Of a DNA stretch of 64,000 nucleotides, positions 1 to 13,904 are shown one piece after another. Position 1 is the stretch's first letter. The number at the start of each line of letters is the position of its first letter. Origin of the DNA: Octopus sinensis (lineage: Eukaryota); the NCBI RefSeq assembly GCF_006345805.1, contig NC_043014.1, forward strand, positions 12,834,001 to 12,898,000, in the 5' to 3' direction. The notes beneath the pieces are model-generated. The model had not been told where the DNA came from and searched no databases. It saw only the letters and a program-made list of their open reading frames with translations. The translations under genes and the position numbers were made by a program.

Positions 1-309
1 CAGTGTAAGCTATGGACACACAAGATATGTAGTGGAACCACAGGCAGACTAACGGGGAACATAAGATTCATATGTGATAGATGCACTGGAGCAGTTCATA
101 CCATGAGCATGCCAGAAATTTATTCTCTTAAATGCCTGGATGGCTCACTAGAAATAGTTGATAGCTTTTGTTTCTTAGATGTAATTAGCAAGTACTACAT
201 TGAATGAATAAAAGCCAGTGGAGAATAGCCTTCCTGTACTGCCACTCATCACCTTTTATAAGCTATTTCTTTTACCATCCCCTATATTGATATTTACCTC
301 TCACCACAC

Positions 310-500
310 TAAGCAGAGGCATGTGGCTTAGTGGCTAGGGTGTTGGACTCATGGTCATGAGATTGTGGTTTCAGTTCCCAGACCAGGCGATGCTTTGTGT
401 TCTTCAACAAAACACTTCATTTCATGTTGCTCCAGTCCACCCAGCTGGCAAAAATGAATAATCTTGTGACAGACTAATATCCCATCCAGGGGAGAGTATA
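310..500 (+). mobile_element. tRNA-derived SINE family D (second copy about 47900-48130)
   Basis: A box TGGCTTAGTGG and B-box-like GGTTTCAGTTCC; body shared with the copy near 47.9 kb. Confidence 0.65.
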
Positions 501-2619
501 TATACCAGAGAGTATAAAGAGAGTATAAACAAGGCGGCGAGCTGGCAGAATCGTTAGTGCGCCGGGCAAAATGCTTAGTGGTATTTCGTCTGTCGTTACG
601 TTCTGAGTTCAAATTCCGCCGAGGTCAACTTTGCCTTTCATCCTTTTGGGGTCGATAAATAAAGTACCAGTTTCGCACTGGGGGCGATATAATCGACTCA
701 ATCCCTTCGTCTGTCCCCTTTATGTTTAGCCCCTTGTGGGCAGTAAAGAAATATATATACCAGAGAATCCAGTAAACCAGACCTGTGAATCTATGACTCA
801 GAAAGATGCATTTCCCCCACTTGTCACTCTCCTCCCTCACTCCTATGAACTTGTTCACCCATACCTGATCCCCTGTCTATATTCTCCTTTATACTCACCT
901 TCTTGTACCTTGTGAGTAATTTCTGATACTTCATCACTGACATCTTTATCTTCTTTCTCACTACTCAGACACACACTTCTATATAATCCAAGGTAGCCAT
1001 ATATTACTTCCAAAGCAAAACACCTGTACCTGTCTGCTTATTATGCTTAAGCTTCTCAACATCTTTCATAAAACCAACTCCCTCTTTACTATAACCCCAC
1101 TCAGTTGTAGGGATTTTGTTTATTGTTCTTTGTCTTGTGAGTTACTTTGCGACCTCACTAGTGCCAGCGTCACAAAAATAGCACCCAGAACACTTTCTGT
1201 AAAGTGGTCGGTGCTAGGAAAGGAATCCTGCCATAGAAACTACGTCAAAGCAGACACTGGGGTTCACTGCTGATTGACTGCCAGTTCACCTGGATCCTTT
1301 CAAACGATTAAGTATGGAAGACAAATGTTAAACGATGATGATGATGGATGATAACAAAAATGATGATGTGTGTGTGTGTGTACCATAAGCTTCTTTTCAG
1401 TTTCTGTTTGCCTCATCTATTCACGAGGATTTGCTCCAGCTGGCCTTATTGTAGAAGGCACTTTCTCAAGGAGTCATGCCGTGGGATTAAACCCGAAATG
1501 ACGTTGAGAATTGAACTTCTTAGAGCATGGCCATGCCTATATACGTATCTATATATGTATGTATATGCATACATAGGTATGTGTGTGTGTGTGTAGCTTT
1601 TTTCTTGTCAAACCGTCCAACCCATGCCAGCATGGAAAGCGGACGTTAAATGATGATGTATGTATGTATGTGTGTATGTATGTATTCATAGGACTTGAGT
1701 TTATCCATTTGTTTATTGTTTGGAATTATGACTTGTAACTCTCTCATATATACTTCATGGGTTTTGGCAGTTTATTTGTAACAGTTCGTAGATATTTTAT
1801 ATTTGAAATTTTCCAATTTGAAGAAGTTTCCATCTATATAAAATGTTAAAAAGAAAATGCATAAGATAATCTTAAATTTGACATTTATTTATTTTCTGCT
1901 AAATTTGCTATCTGATTTTACTATTTAACAACATTTACTGATATTTACTATTTTTTTATCCCAAACCAAAACTGATAATGAAAGCTTGATAATGGTTTTT
2001 TAAAAATTTCATAAGAATTTGTGACTTGGTGAGAAATATGTGCCTCAAAGCTGAAAAACTATTGGTGTATTTTGTTAAGTAAAAAAAAACTGAAAATTTA
2101 TTGAAAATATTGTAATTTTGCCACTTAAATTTGTAAATTATCAGAAGATATAATCTGGTTTTGTATTTTTCTGTAATTTTGCTCTTTGATCTGCTTTTAA
2201 TTCTCCTGTATCTTTTCTTTTTATAACTATTAATACTTTACATGCATTTGTGTGGTGAGTGGGTATTGCATAAAAATAACATGTCTCCTGTTTAATGCTC
2301 ACTACTAAGCTAGACATTAAATAAACTCTCTTCTCCTAAGTACCATGAAAAAAATTATCTAGAGATATGTATGGCAACAGAGAGAGAAAGAGAGGGCATT
2401 TCAAACTGAATCTATTCCATTTATTGATTAAATGCATTTAGACATTCGTGAGTTATTTGAGTGTCATGTTTGTTTTTATTGTAACGACAAGTTAGATGTT
2501 TCACTTTTTTTTTTTAATTTCTTCTTTCAAATTAAGATGTTGAATTTTTTAAAAAAGTAACCGAAACAAACTTTTTACAGCATAGTTCATTGTTTGTTTT
2601 AGATATTTTTCTTTTCTGA

Positions 2620-3250
2620 GGTGTGAGGAATTTCAATTCTAGGCTTTATATAGCTATGGTGCGACATCACCTGGAATTTGCATCACCGGGTTGGAACCCC
2701 TATCTTGCCCAGGATATTAATCGCCTGGAAACCATTCAGCAATGTGCAACCAAGAGAATACTCTCCATCAGGCATTTGCCATATTCTGAACACCTTACTT
2801 CCCTGGGCATAGATACATTGAAACTCCGATGTCTGGCAGCTGACTTGGCAGACACCCATAAAATTATTAACCATCGTACAAACAATAACTCTGAGCACCC
2901 TTTTCAAACTCCACCTGTCTAACACCCATGGACATGTTTACAAAGTCAGAAAACAGCACAGCTCCCATGACTTCAGGAAACATTTTTTCATGCTGAGAGT
3001 TGCTGAAGTATGGAAATAACTGCTGGCATCAGTTGTTAGTTGTCGGAGCACTGCATCCTTCAAAACTTCCATGCTTCCTGAGATTCGCCAACACGACACC
3101 TGATTTTCTCCCCTCCATACACACGCAAACATGTGTCTGACTCATACACTGTTCACTTCCCAGACATTTGTACATTACTGCATATGCTTTATACGCACTT
3201 TTGACAAGTTGTGGTGCACCTGAGCACTGTATACAATAATTTCACTATTA
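2620..3250 (+). pseudogene. CR1/L2-like LINE 3' end
   Basis: LYIAMVRHHLEFASPGWNPYLAQDINRLETIQ..ATK.I..IRHLPYSE.L..LGIDTLKLR.L.ADL..HKII, the typical CR1 thumb region, followed by an (ATT)-type tail. Confidence 0.8.
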
Positions 3251-3789
3251 CTTGTGGTACCAGTGCTGGTGGCACATAAGAGAACCATCCGAACGTGGCC
3301 GTAGCCAGCACCGCATCGACTGGCCTCTGTGCTGGTGGCACGTAACAAACACCATCCGATCGTGGCCATGCCAGCCCTGCTTAGCCTCCGTGCCGGTGGC
3401 ACGTAAAAAACACCATCCGAGCGTGGCCGTTCGCCAGCCTCGTCTGGCACCTGTGTCGGTGGCACATAAAAAGCTCCCACTACACTCACAGAGTGGTTGG
3501 TGTTAGGAAGGGCATCCATCTGTAGAAACACCTCCAGATCTGACTGGCCTGGTACAGCCTTCGGGCTTCCCAGACCCCAGTTAAACCGTCCAACCCATGC
3601 TAGCATGGAAAGCAGATGTTAAACGATGATGATGATGATGATTATTGTTAAGGTCATCTCTACAGATTTTCTGTAAAAATTATAGCCAGCACTGATCTCG
3701 TTAAAATGTTTCATATCCAAGATGTCAAACAATGAGGTTCAAGATGTAATGAACATATATGCCATATTTTGGGAGTTTTGCACCTCCTT

Positions 3790-4320
3790 CATCACTCATC
3801 TAACTCATTAACCATCCACGAACTCATCGTTTAAATAACCACTAAATACAGTAGTGTAATGTTATTAGAATTACTAATTTTACATATTAAACACATTCCT
3901 GGAAGCTGGTATGTAAATATTAATGACACGTGCCTACGTGTCATTAACATCTCAATATGTGATGTGTATCAATCAAAGTCAGTATTTATGTATACATATG
4001 TTGGACTTTCCTGTCGTTAGATGACATATGAGGGTACAGTTCTATATTTAAGAGATGAGGAATTATGTACATTATTTACATTTGACGGATATTTGTCCTC
4101 ACCTTGTTTGTTAACACAATGTTTCAGCTGATATATTCTGGCTTCTCATTCCTGAGGTATTTTTTGATGCTGTTATTATTATTATTATTATTCAGGTCAC
4201 TGCCTGGAATCGAACTCGGAATCTTACGGTTAGTAGACCGTGCTATTAACCACTACGCCATATGCACATGGGCATACAGGGTTCGACAATTTCTTACTGA
4301 ACAACCACACAGATGATTTG
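3790..4320 (-). mobile_element. Penelope-like terminal repeat remnant
   Basis: Contains minus-strand ...ATATATCAGCT-GAAAC-ATTGTGTTAAC, a hammerhead-like 3' half with no CUGAUGA box, plus (ATT)n. Confidence 0.35.
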
Positions 4321-4352
4321 TTTATAGTGATCAAGTGTTTATGTACACATAA

Positions 4353-4770
4353 GCGCAGGAGTGGCTGTGTGGTAAGTAGCTTGCTAACCAACCACATGGT
4401 TCCGGGTTCAGTCCCACTGCGTGGCATCTTGGGCAAGTGTCTTCTGCTATAGCTACGGGCCGACCAATGCCTTGTGAGTGGATTTGGTAGACGGAAACTG
4501 AAAGAAGCCTGTCGTATATATGTATATATATATATATATATATAAGTGTGTGTGTATGCGTTTGTGTGTCTGTGTTTGTCCCCCTAGCATTGCTTGACAA
4601 CCGATGCTGGTGTGTTTACGTTCCCGTCACTTAGCGGTTCGGCAAAAGAGACCAATGGAATAAGTACTGGGCTTCCAAAGAATAAGTCCTGGGGTCGATT
4701 TGCTCGACTAAAGGCGGTGCTCCAGCATGGCCGCAGTCAAATGACTGAAACAAGTAAAAGAGTAAAGAGA
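4353..4770 (+). mobile_element. tRNA-derived SINE family A, full-length copy
   Basis: Pol III A box TGGCTGTGTGG and B box GGTTCAGTCCC; internal (TA)/(TG) tract; AAGAGTA tail. Similar copies at about 7170-7550 (+), 8180-8572 (-), 29395-29775 (-), 31790-32180 (-), 47130-47512 (-), 49755-50185 (+), plus many partial copies. Confidence 0.85.
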
Positions 4771-4887
4771 TAAGCTCATTCCCTGCATCAAATCGACATT
4801 ACTTGTACAGGTGCAACGGGTGGCACATGTCAGATGGTGAAATGATCATAGAGCAACATGAAATGAAATGCTTACATACGCCACACA

Positions 4888-5108
4888 CGAGGAAGTGCTG
4901 AAAAGTTACTGGCTTCAAGGGTATCGCGAAAGACTAGGTTGGAGGCCAAACCTTCTACTTCTTTCACAGGACTTAGAAAAACTGAAGGAGCACTGCAATA
5001 AGTGTGTGAATCTCAGCGGGGTGGGGATATGCTGAATAAAATCATAATTAACTGATCCTACTCTATTTTCTTTTACCTAAAGCCAGGAATTTCTCAGCAA
5101 CCCTTTGT
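4888..5108 (+). mobile_element. Mariner-derived MITE (second copy near 12976-13170)
   Basis: Imperfect TIRs ACGAGGAAGTGCTGAAAAGTTACTGGCTT / AAGCCAGGAATTTCTCAGCAACCCTTTGT; the internal segment is shared with 12976-13170. Confidence 0.55.
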
Positions 5109-5111
5109 GTA

Positions 5112-5150
<39 letters not shown>

Positions 5151-5699
5151 TAACTTTGATTGATACACATAACTTCATCATCGTTTAACGTCCGCTATCC
5201 ATGCTAGCATGGGTTTGACGATTTGACTAAGGGCTGGCAAACCATATGCCTGCACCAGGCTCCAATCTGATCTGGCAGAGTTTCTACAGCTGGATGCCCT
5301 TCCTAACGCCAACCACTCCGAGAGTGTAGTGGGTGCTTTTACATGCTACCGGCACGAGGGTCAGTCAGGCGGTACTGGCAATGGCCACGATCAAATGGTG
5401 TTTTTTACATGCCACCTGCACAGGAGCCAGTCCAGCAGCACTGGCAACGACCTCGCTCAAACTTATTTAGAATAAATATATATCACTATCTTCAAGGAAT
5501 GAGCCAATGAAATACCTTCAAAAAACCATTCAGTCACTTGAGCAGCTATCAAGTTGGTGGATACACAAGCCACATTGACTCGATTCTCCTCAGAAATTAG
5601 TATAGACAGATGCTTGTGTATGCAAAGTCCTTCCTAGGTGAAGAATGTACAAACCAACATAGTGACTTCGAATTTGGAGCTAAAAGGACTCAGAGACAC

Positions 5700-6900
5700 A
5701 AATCAGTCTGGAAAAGGATGATGTAGAAGAGAAGTATTAGTTGAAGCATTTGACAAGAAGTGGGGGGGGTGAGAGACATACAAGAGAGAGGAGAACTGGA
5801 AGATTCTTTGACACAATGTACTGTGGATGATGGACCAAATATGTGACTGCAAAGTTCCCAGTAGACCGAGTACGGCTTGTGGATGAAACTGAGGTGGACA
5901 GAGCCATGCAGTAAAAAAAGACAGCTTGGAAAGACTGGAAAATGGAAGTACCAAAGAATTATATCAGAGAGCTAGAAAAGAAGCCAGGCTACCAAAGGGA
6001 GAAGCAGAAAGTACCAGAAATCCTCGAGTATAATCTGCATTTTCCCCCCCAAATTTAAAGGTCAAAATCCCTAGTGCATACTATATACAAGGTTAAAAAA
6101 GAAAAATATTTTCTAAGCAATGTCTGAGTCTCTATTTGCTGTCCGGCAATGTTTATTCAGACGCATTTTGTGATGTCGGGCACGAAAATACCTTAAGCTT
6201 AGCCTGAAAGCAATGAAGTCATAAAAGAATCATCCATAACTTGCAGTAAGCAACATTTATTAAATGTTATTACTGTTATTTCTTTATTTTCTGCAAACAA
6301 AATGCACAAAAAAGCTACGTTTGCATTATGCTATAGATACAATAATAATAAAGGATGTTACAGTATACATTTTTACAAACCAAGAATGTTATATAGAACT
6401 CCTTGACTCAAGTTAGAGAAGGGGTGCATATTATACACAAGGTTTAGGTTTTTCAGAGGTACAGCCCCCTAAAATTCCCCCTGCGTATTATACTCAAGGG
6501 TGGACTATACTTGAGGATTTACAGTAAGATGTTTGTCAAAGAGAGAAGTGGAAATAAGATGTTTGCCTCAGGGAAAAGTAGAAAGTAAGATGTTTGCCAA
6601 TTTTCTACAGTGTGAAGATCAGAGTCATGAGGTGTTCCAGGTTGCAAGACAGTGTATCAGTTAGAATCAACATGTGGATAATAAGTGTATACAGATGGAT
6701 AATGATACATGTGCAATAAGCAGTTTTGAAAAGAAAGAGGTGTGGAAGAATTATTATAAAGTGTGGAGTATGCATGGGAGAAAGTGGAACTTCCCAATGT
6801 GGACTCTACAAAGAATTGTTGATCACTAACTGTGGAAGGAACTTGTAGAAGAGTTTGACCCAAGAACACATGGGATGAAATAGTAAAGCCTTATCTCAAG
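5700..6900 (+). pseudogene. Old RTE LINE fragments flanking the Tc2-like MITE
   Basis: AWKDWK..GS..KELY; RHLLWGI; terminal GTCRRV*PKNTW (compare GRPRKTW). Confidence 0.5.
6014..6524. mobile_element. Tc2/pogo-like MITE inserted into an RTE LINE fragment
   Basis: TA|CCAGAAATCCTCGAGTATA ... TATACTTGAGGATTTACAG|TA imperfect TIRs; LINE-like sequence lies on both sides. Confidence 0.6.
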
Positions 6901-7631
6901 ATATTGAGCCTTACAGAAATAATAAGGGATCAAATTGATCAGCTGTACTCAAGAAAACTCGTAAGTATTACTGTTCAATAAATTACCATGTCCCTTTAAT
7001 CCTCAGGGGCAAAGACATTTCACTTGGACCCAGCAACTTCTACTCAGCTGGAGAGAGGCATGTCACCATTCATGTAAAAGGCAGTTAGGATTGCTTGCAT
7101 ACATACATATAGACATACGTAAATACACATACACACATATATATTATATACATACATGTATATAATATATATGTGTGGTAAGTAGCTTGCTTAGTAACCA
7201 CATGATTCTGGGTTCAGTCCCACTGCGTGGCACCTTGGGCAAGTGTCTTCTACTATAGCCTCGGGCCGACCAAAACCTTGTGAGTGGATTTGGTAGATGG
7301 AAACTGAAAGAAGCCCGTCGTATATATGTATATATATATGTATGTTTGTGTGTCTGTGTTTGTTCCCCCCACCACATCGCTTGACAACCGATGCTGGTGT
7401 GTTTACATCCCCGTAACTTAGCAGTTCAGCAAAAGAGACCCATAGAATAAGTACTAGGCTTACGAAAAATAAGTCCTGGGGTCGATTTGCTCGACTAAAG
7501 GCCGTGCTCCAGCATAGCCACAGTCAAATGACTGAAACAAGTAAAAAAGTAATGTGTATATAAACTCTTATTTATTTGTTTCAGCCATTGGTCTGGGGTC
7601 ATGTTGGAACACCACATTCAAGGGTCTAGTC

Positions 7632-7786
7632 CAGAGGTATATTGTGCAATAACTTGCTTTAATTTTTTTATACAATTCTTAATAATATTCAATAATAAAA
7701 ATACAGTAGGATTGTCTTCAATATACATCGAATCGCTATGGAGGTCCATCTGTGTAAAATAGGCAAAAAATGGTTGAGAACCACTG
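7632..7786. mobile_element. Degenerate hAT MITE inside an old SINE
   Basis: Right end AAAAATGGTTGAGAACCACTG; partial TSD GTCTAGTC / GTCTAATT; left TIR decayed. Confidence 0.4.
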
Positions 7787-9010
7787 GTCTAATTGAACAA
7801 GACAGCCTCAGTGTTTTTGTTAATGTTTGATATTTATTCTATTGGGTTCCTTAACAAACCACTGAGTATGGAATGTGAACAAACCAACACCGATTATCAA
7901 GTGGTGGTGGGGAACAAAAAAGCAAAAAGACACATATGAAGAGCTTGTTTCATTTTCTCTCTACCAAAAATTTACTCGCAGGGCATTGGTCGGCCCATAG
8001 CTAAAACAGAAGACTCTTGCCCGATGTGTTACATACTGGGACCAAAACGAAAACTACATGGGTGCAAAGTGAGCTTTCAACATGGTATAAATACTCACCA
8101 GATAATCCTCAGTTATATCTGTAACTTAAATTCCAACTCCTTGATCCGAGGTAGGAAGGTGGCATTAAGAACAACCTTCTTCAAGCTGGTATGTTCTTGT
8201 TTCATTCATTTGTCTGCGGCCATGCTGGAGCACTGCCTTTAGTCGAGCAAATTGACCCCAGGACTTATTCTTTGTAAGCCTAGTACTTATTCTGTCGGTC
8301 TCTTTTGCCGAACCAATAAATTTCGGGGACATAAATACACCAGCATCAGTTGTCAAGCGATATTGGGGGGACAAACACAGACACACAAACATACATATTT
8401 ATACATATATACGATGGGCTTCTTTCAGTTTCCGTCTACCAAATCCACTCACAAGGCTTTGGTTAGCCTGAAGCTATAGTAGAAGACACTTGCCCAAGGT
8501 GCCACGCAGTGGGACTGAACCTGGAACCATGTGGTTGGTAAGCTAGCTACTTACCACACAGCCACTCCTGACCCTATGGAAGCGATATCGAAGGATGTCT
8601 TGTATTTAAGAGCGAAAAAAGTTATTAAAATGCAGCAGGCTAGCTGATTTCAGAGATGCAGAGAAGACATTAAGCAGATCATGGCCAGCTAGACAGGGTA
8701 GGAAGAAGATTAAAAGATAAAGACCAAAATTATAAAGATGCCAACAGGTTAAAGTAATGAGTATTGAGAGGGTGTGTTGGTTAAGTTGAATACAAAGATC
8801 AGTAAAACAGGAAGGCAGATGTGGTGTCACACTGAAAAGAGAGGAGGGGAACCACCTGGAGGTTTGTACTAAGGATGAGAAATCCCTAAATAATGGTAAA
8901 AGGATTATGAAAGTTAAGGAAGAAGTATGAGAGTGAAAGGGTAGATTGGAATAGGAAAGCTTTATTAGTTCAGTGAGAACACAATGATTCATGGGAACAA
9001 GAGAAATTTT

Positions 9011-10051
9011 TGTAATATTGGCGAAGTGATTAAAGAGTTGGTCTTCATTTCGTTGACTGACAGGTGACGGTCGTTTAGAAAAAGCGCGGGCTAAAACTAC
9101 GCACCTTCACTAGTCAGTTACGGTGAGACAGTGTCACGTGACAACTTGCTGGAGCCTATGCGGCAGGTATTTAAAGGGAGAAATTTGACAAGACAGTCAG
9201 TCACTCGCTGACGATACATCGAAGAGGCCAGGGAACAGAAGAAAGAAGACATGCACCCAACACCAGGGCTGAAGACACCTCCAAAAGAGGGGGGCCCCCG
9301 CCACATCAAAACGGTAGAGGAGGAGGGGCCGAAACCGGACGTGGTTCCTCCTGATGATGTCTTGAGCTAACTGGATCCTATAAAGGAGCTGTTGTGGTAG
9401 CGGACCACGAAACACGGTTGTAATTCCCCTGAGGGGCCCATGGCAGTGTAGATTACATGGTAGTCAGTTTCTCGTGTATGGTACTCTATTATGGACCAGG
9501 AAATGGTCATAGTGAATAACACAGCTTTGAGGTGGTGGATGGCCAGAGGAAGTAGGTCTTTTCCTAGTGATATTCAAGAAAGAGCTGAAGTATGCAAGAA
9601 ATCAGTGTTTCATGCCAATCATTGCATCCGTGTAAATTCTAGCAAAGTGTATCCGTATGATGGTAACAATACATTTACAGACAACATTGTAGTTCAAGCA
9701 ATGACCTCTCAAAGGGCAATTAATAGGTGTCTTGCAAACAACTTGTACATGCAAGTGCTACCAGTCAAAAACTCCACGTACCAGAAGCCAGCAAGTGTAT
9801 GGGGTCATCAGGAAAGAATTCACGCCACTTCGGGGCCTACCTCTCGATGGCATCAATGCACACGGGCCCCCCCTCACTGATATGAGGCCCCGCTTGCTAG
9901 ATCAACTGGTTATCAAATAAAGCTCAATATTCTTCTAACCATTGCTCATCGTCTTTTTTTTACCAAATCCAGTGACTAGCCTTTTCCACTGTAGTTCGGA
10001 TATCGGTCGTGGTGGTATTGACTTTACGATGAGTTAGGCCTAATGATAACA
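9011..10051 (+). mobile_element. Solo-LTR-like insert with Pol II promoter motifs and a 129-codon ORF
   Basis: TGTAATA start and ..GATAACA end; GTCACGTGAC E-box (about 9133); TATTTAAA (about 9168); TCAGT about 28 nt later; AATAAA near 9916; GC- and CpG-richer than the flanks; no TSD found. Confidence 0.45.
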
Positions 10052-11229
10052 ACAGTTGTCTCACATCTTATAGCAAATTACAGGTAGTTCACTATTAGCC
10101 ACATTAAGGTCAGTATAGTTAGCACTATGAGTAGAGACTAACACTTGTTAGTGCTATGATTAGAACAATGAGTATTAATGCTCATTGATAGAAAGATAAG
10201 ATATTGTATAGAAGCAGATGGCAATTCTGTATTATGATATAGGTGGGTGAGAGTGTCTGGAAGAAGGATAAAGATGGTAGTCAGGAGGTGTCACAGTATA
10301 GTCTCAAGGTGTAAGAAGGTGAGTACGAGGGAAGATATTCTTTCTTCCATAGGCACAAGGCCTGAAATTTTGGGGAGGGGGATTGTCGATTACACTGATC
10401 CCAGTGTTCAACTGGTACTTAATTTATCGACCCTGAAAGGATGAAAGGAAAAAAATCGACCTAGGCAGAATTTGAACTCAGAACGTAGTGGCAGATGAAA
10501 CACTTATGCATTTTGCCCGGTATGCTAACGATTCTGCCAGCTCACCCCCTCAAGGGAGAATATATGTTTCTTTATTACCCACAAGGGGACAAACAGATTA
10601 AGTCGATTACATCGACCCCAGTGCATAACTGGTACTTAGTTTTTTTTCGACCCTTAGATGATGAAACGCAAAGTTGACCTTGGCAGAATTTGAACTCAGA
10701 ACGTAATGGCAGACGAAATACGGCTACGCATTTCGCCTGGTGTGCTAGAGGTTCTGCCAGCTCGCTGCCTACGAGGGAGAATATAGGCAATGGATCAGGA
10801 AGAAAGGAAAGGCAGGTAATTTCATAAGACTGTGACAGAGACAGATTGGGGTTGACTGGATGTTATGTGAGATGAACAAGGGTGGATGTGTGGTTGATGT
10901 TAAATATCAGTATGGAGATGAGGTGAGAGAGGTAGAAGCGATGAAGGAATAAGGAGGTGACAAGGGGAAGTGCTTAACATGGATAGATTATGTGCAGGGC
11001 CCTAAATCTACATATATAAACATAATGCTTTTAGGGCTTCCCTTTTGCTTTGATGGATGGGTTTTCTCAACCAGTGAACCTCCAATTGTCTGTGTCCTTT
11101 GTCATCTCCTCTGTGAGAATCAGCTTTCACTACTGCATCCTGGCAAACACCTACCTGAATTTGAATGTGTTACTGTTTCAGCAAGAGATATACTGTTAGG
11201 ACTCCAGTGTTGTTGCTCTCCTTGTGGCT

Positions 11230-11900
11230 GATTCTCACCTTACTGGCAGGACCCCACAAGCCATTTGTCTGCTCCTAGCTTCTTTAGATACTGCCATATC
11301 ATGGAGTGAGGGACTGTCGAAAACTTTCTCTTGGTCGATGAATGCTTAGTACAATGTCTTGTCTTTAGCTGAGTATTTCTCCTGCAGTTGTCTTCCTAAG
11401 AAGCTGGCACAAAGCAAAACATCAAATCTAGTCTAATTCTGTTTCTAAAAAATTGAATCATAACTCTCATGACCTAGTCCTGCAATTTGATATCTCTGTA
11501 ATTTACTTCTACCTAAGACATCTGCACTACCCTTGTAACAGCTAACTAATGATGCTACATCAGCCACTGGGTATCACATCTTATACAACCTGATTAACTC
11601 TACAGGGCACTAATTAGACCATATCCAACTCAGCCAGATATTCCAAACATCTTATTGGTGATTCCTTGTGGACTAGAGGCTTTCCATCTACATATCCTAT
11701 AGAGCTGTATCTATCATAGTACGGCTGTCAACTACAATAGTTGGTCCCTCTGAACTTTGAAGTGTTTGCTGGGCCTTTGAGCTACTGTATGCTCCTTTTC
11801 CAGATTGGTTTGTCCCCCATACCTGAAGTCTGTTAGGCTGTGCATTCTTCACAAACATCTACCTTGTTTCCTGGTTAGAAAGCAGCCTGTGTACCCATAT
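11230..11900 (-). pseudogene. Old RTE LINE RT fragment
   Basis: Minus-strand DQEKVFDSPS and related remnants, homologous to 43865-44830. Confidence 0.55.
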
Positions 11901-11959
11901 GCCCAATCACACACACAAGTATATATAAATCAAAACAGAGCTAAAGAGAAAAGTGAGAC

Positions 11960-12960
11960 ATAAAAATTGATTTCATTATGTTAGAATTCTCATGTTACGT
12001 TTCTGTTCGAACAACATCCATCTTTATACAAGTCTCATTTGTAGCTATACTTCAAATAATTCATGAACATGTTTCCAAGTTAAGGAGTTTCATATTTTCT
12101 CCAAAGACATCAACTGAATTACACTACATTCGTCTATATCAAAGTTTCCGACCTAGACAATTCCTCCATTATTTCTTCTGCTCTATATTGAATAACCCCT
12201 GATATATTCTGCTTATTCTTCACTAAACTACAACGGAAAAAATTTTCAAGCGGACCCCTTGCCAATGGCACGTAAAAAGCACCCACTACACTCACGGAGT
12301 GGTTGGTGTTAGGAAGGGCACCCAGCCGTAGAAACATTGCCAGATCAGACTGGGCCTGGTGCAGCCTTCTGGCCTCCCAGACCCCAGTTGAACCGTCCAA
12401 CCCATGCTAGCATGGAAAGCGGATGCTAAATGATGATGATGATGATGTACAATTTCAGTTCTGTGTTCCCACATAGTTCATGTACCTGGAATCTGAGCAG
12501 GTGAAATTGCATCTATTTTCATGATCACATATAACAGTGTACAAGACCACTTTGCCGGAATTCAACATGCATATGTGCAAGAGACACACCCAAAACATGT
12601 CTTTCTGCAATGTCTATGAACTTTCTGAGCTTTTTAGATGTGTGCCACCTGGTTAGGTCTCTTGAGGAGCCAAGATTGTTGGCAATTTCAGGGCATTTTG
12701 AAGTGACAGGCATGTTAAAAACAAATCAAGTTTTCCATAATGGTTAAAACTGGTCATGGTATTTAGACAGGAATGCTGTATTCCAAGGGCTTCCTGAAAG
12801 AGATGAGAGAACAGCTGGGACACCATTATTTTCCTTTATCAAATAATCTATCAGACCTAAACTGAGATTGGTTTTAACCCATCTTATCCTAATGCCTACA
12901 ATTGCAGACCTTGCATATTAACTGCAGAACAGGTTGTCAACTGATAGGTTTAAATTGTGT
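11960..12960 (-). pseudogene. Helitron RepHel (Rep domain) fragment, interrupted by a repeat at about 12260-12450
   Basis: Minus-strand remnants HYGKLDLFLT..(frameshift)..SKCPEIANNL and KKLRKFIDIAERHVLGVSLAHMHVEFRQSGLVHCYM match the Helitron Rep motifs YGKPDLFxTFTCNPxWPEI and xEFQKRGLPHxH. Confidence 0.7.
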
Positions 12961-13167
12961 AATAACACACACACACAAGGAGGTGCTGACAAGTTCATAG
13001 CTTTAAGGGCATTTATTTAAAGGCCTGATTGGAGGCCCAACACTCCAAGTTCTTTTATAGGGCTTGGGGAAAACTGCTGCAATAAGTATGTGGAATCTGA
13101 AAGGCTAATAAGTTGAATAAAATCATAATTAACTGATCCTCCTGTACTTTTCTTTTCCGCACTTTCT

Positions 13168-13208
<41 letters not shown>

Positions 13209-13904
13209 ATTTTTTGAGGGAATAAAACACAAACTTACAAAGAAGTTCTTTTATTGTTATTTTAATTTTAACTTTTCTATTATATGTCATTTTCTAGATG
13301 GTGTAATTTAATTATTCATTTTGAATTGATAAAAGGTGGTTTTTTAAAAATATTTTATATATATATATATATACATATATATGAGAGAGAGAAAAAGAAC
13401 CATCCAATTCATTTCTGGCAGAAAATCAGATTGCTGTCATTTAAATATTTTTCTTGTTTGGTTGCAAATTTGAGAAAATAAAAAATCAGATATCATCCTT
13501 CTGTTACAAAGCTATTTAACAATCATGTATCTTTCTCACGTGGCAGAATTAAAACAATAGATTCAATCAGAATTGCAACACAATTGTTTAATTTTCAATT
13601 TTGACCATGCACCATCACAAGAAAACAGAAGGCCCTTTAATTCAATGAAGTTGAAATTTCGTTAATATCTGAAAATAAACTTGAGTACATAATTTTGTAG
13701 GTTTTGATAGATTTCCTTCATAGTGACAAACAGCAGCTGTAATAGGCCTACAGAGTAACTTTATATATTCTTGTTTGTCAGAGATAGACACCTCATTGAA
13801 ACACCAGCACTGTCCCCACAGGGAGATAATGGTGGATACATAAATATGATGAACTGGAGGGGTTCCAACTTTGCCAGCAATCTTGTTGGTAATACAATTA
13901 ATGT

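Noticed and set aside
4353-4430. tRNA gene
   Set aside because: A and B boxes are present but there is no cloverleaf; it is the head of a multi-copy SINE.
9440-9510. LYYGPGNGH resembling a parvoviral PLA2 loop or SF3 Walker A
   Set aside because: An immediate stop follows, and there is no HDxxY or GKT continuation.
12538-12652. Apparent + strand exon YKTTLPEFNMHMCKRH...
   Set aside because: It is the antisense of the Helitron Rep remnant.
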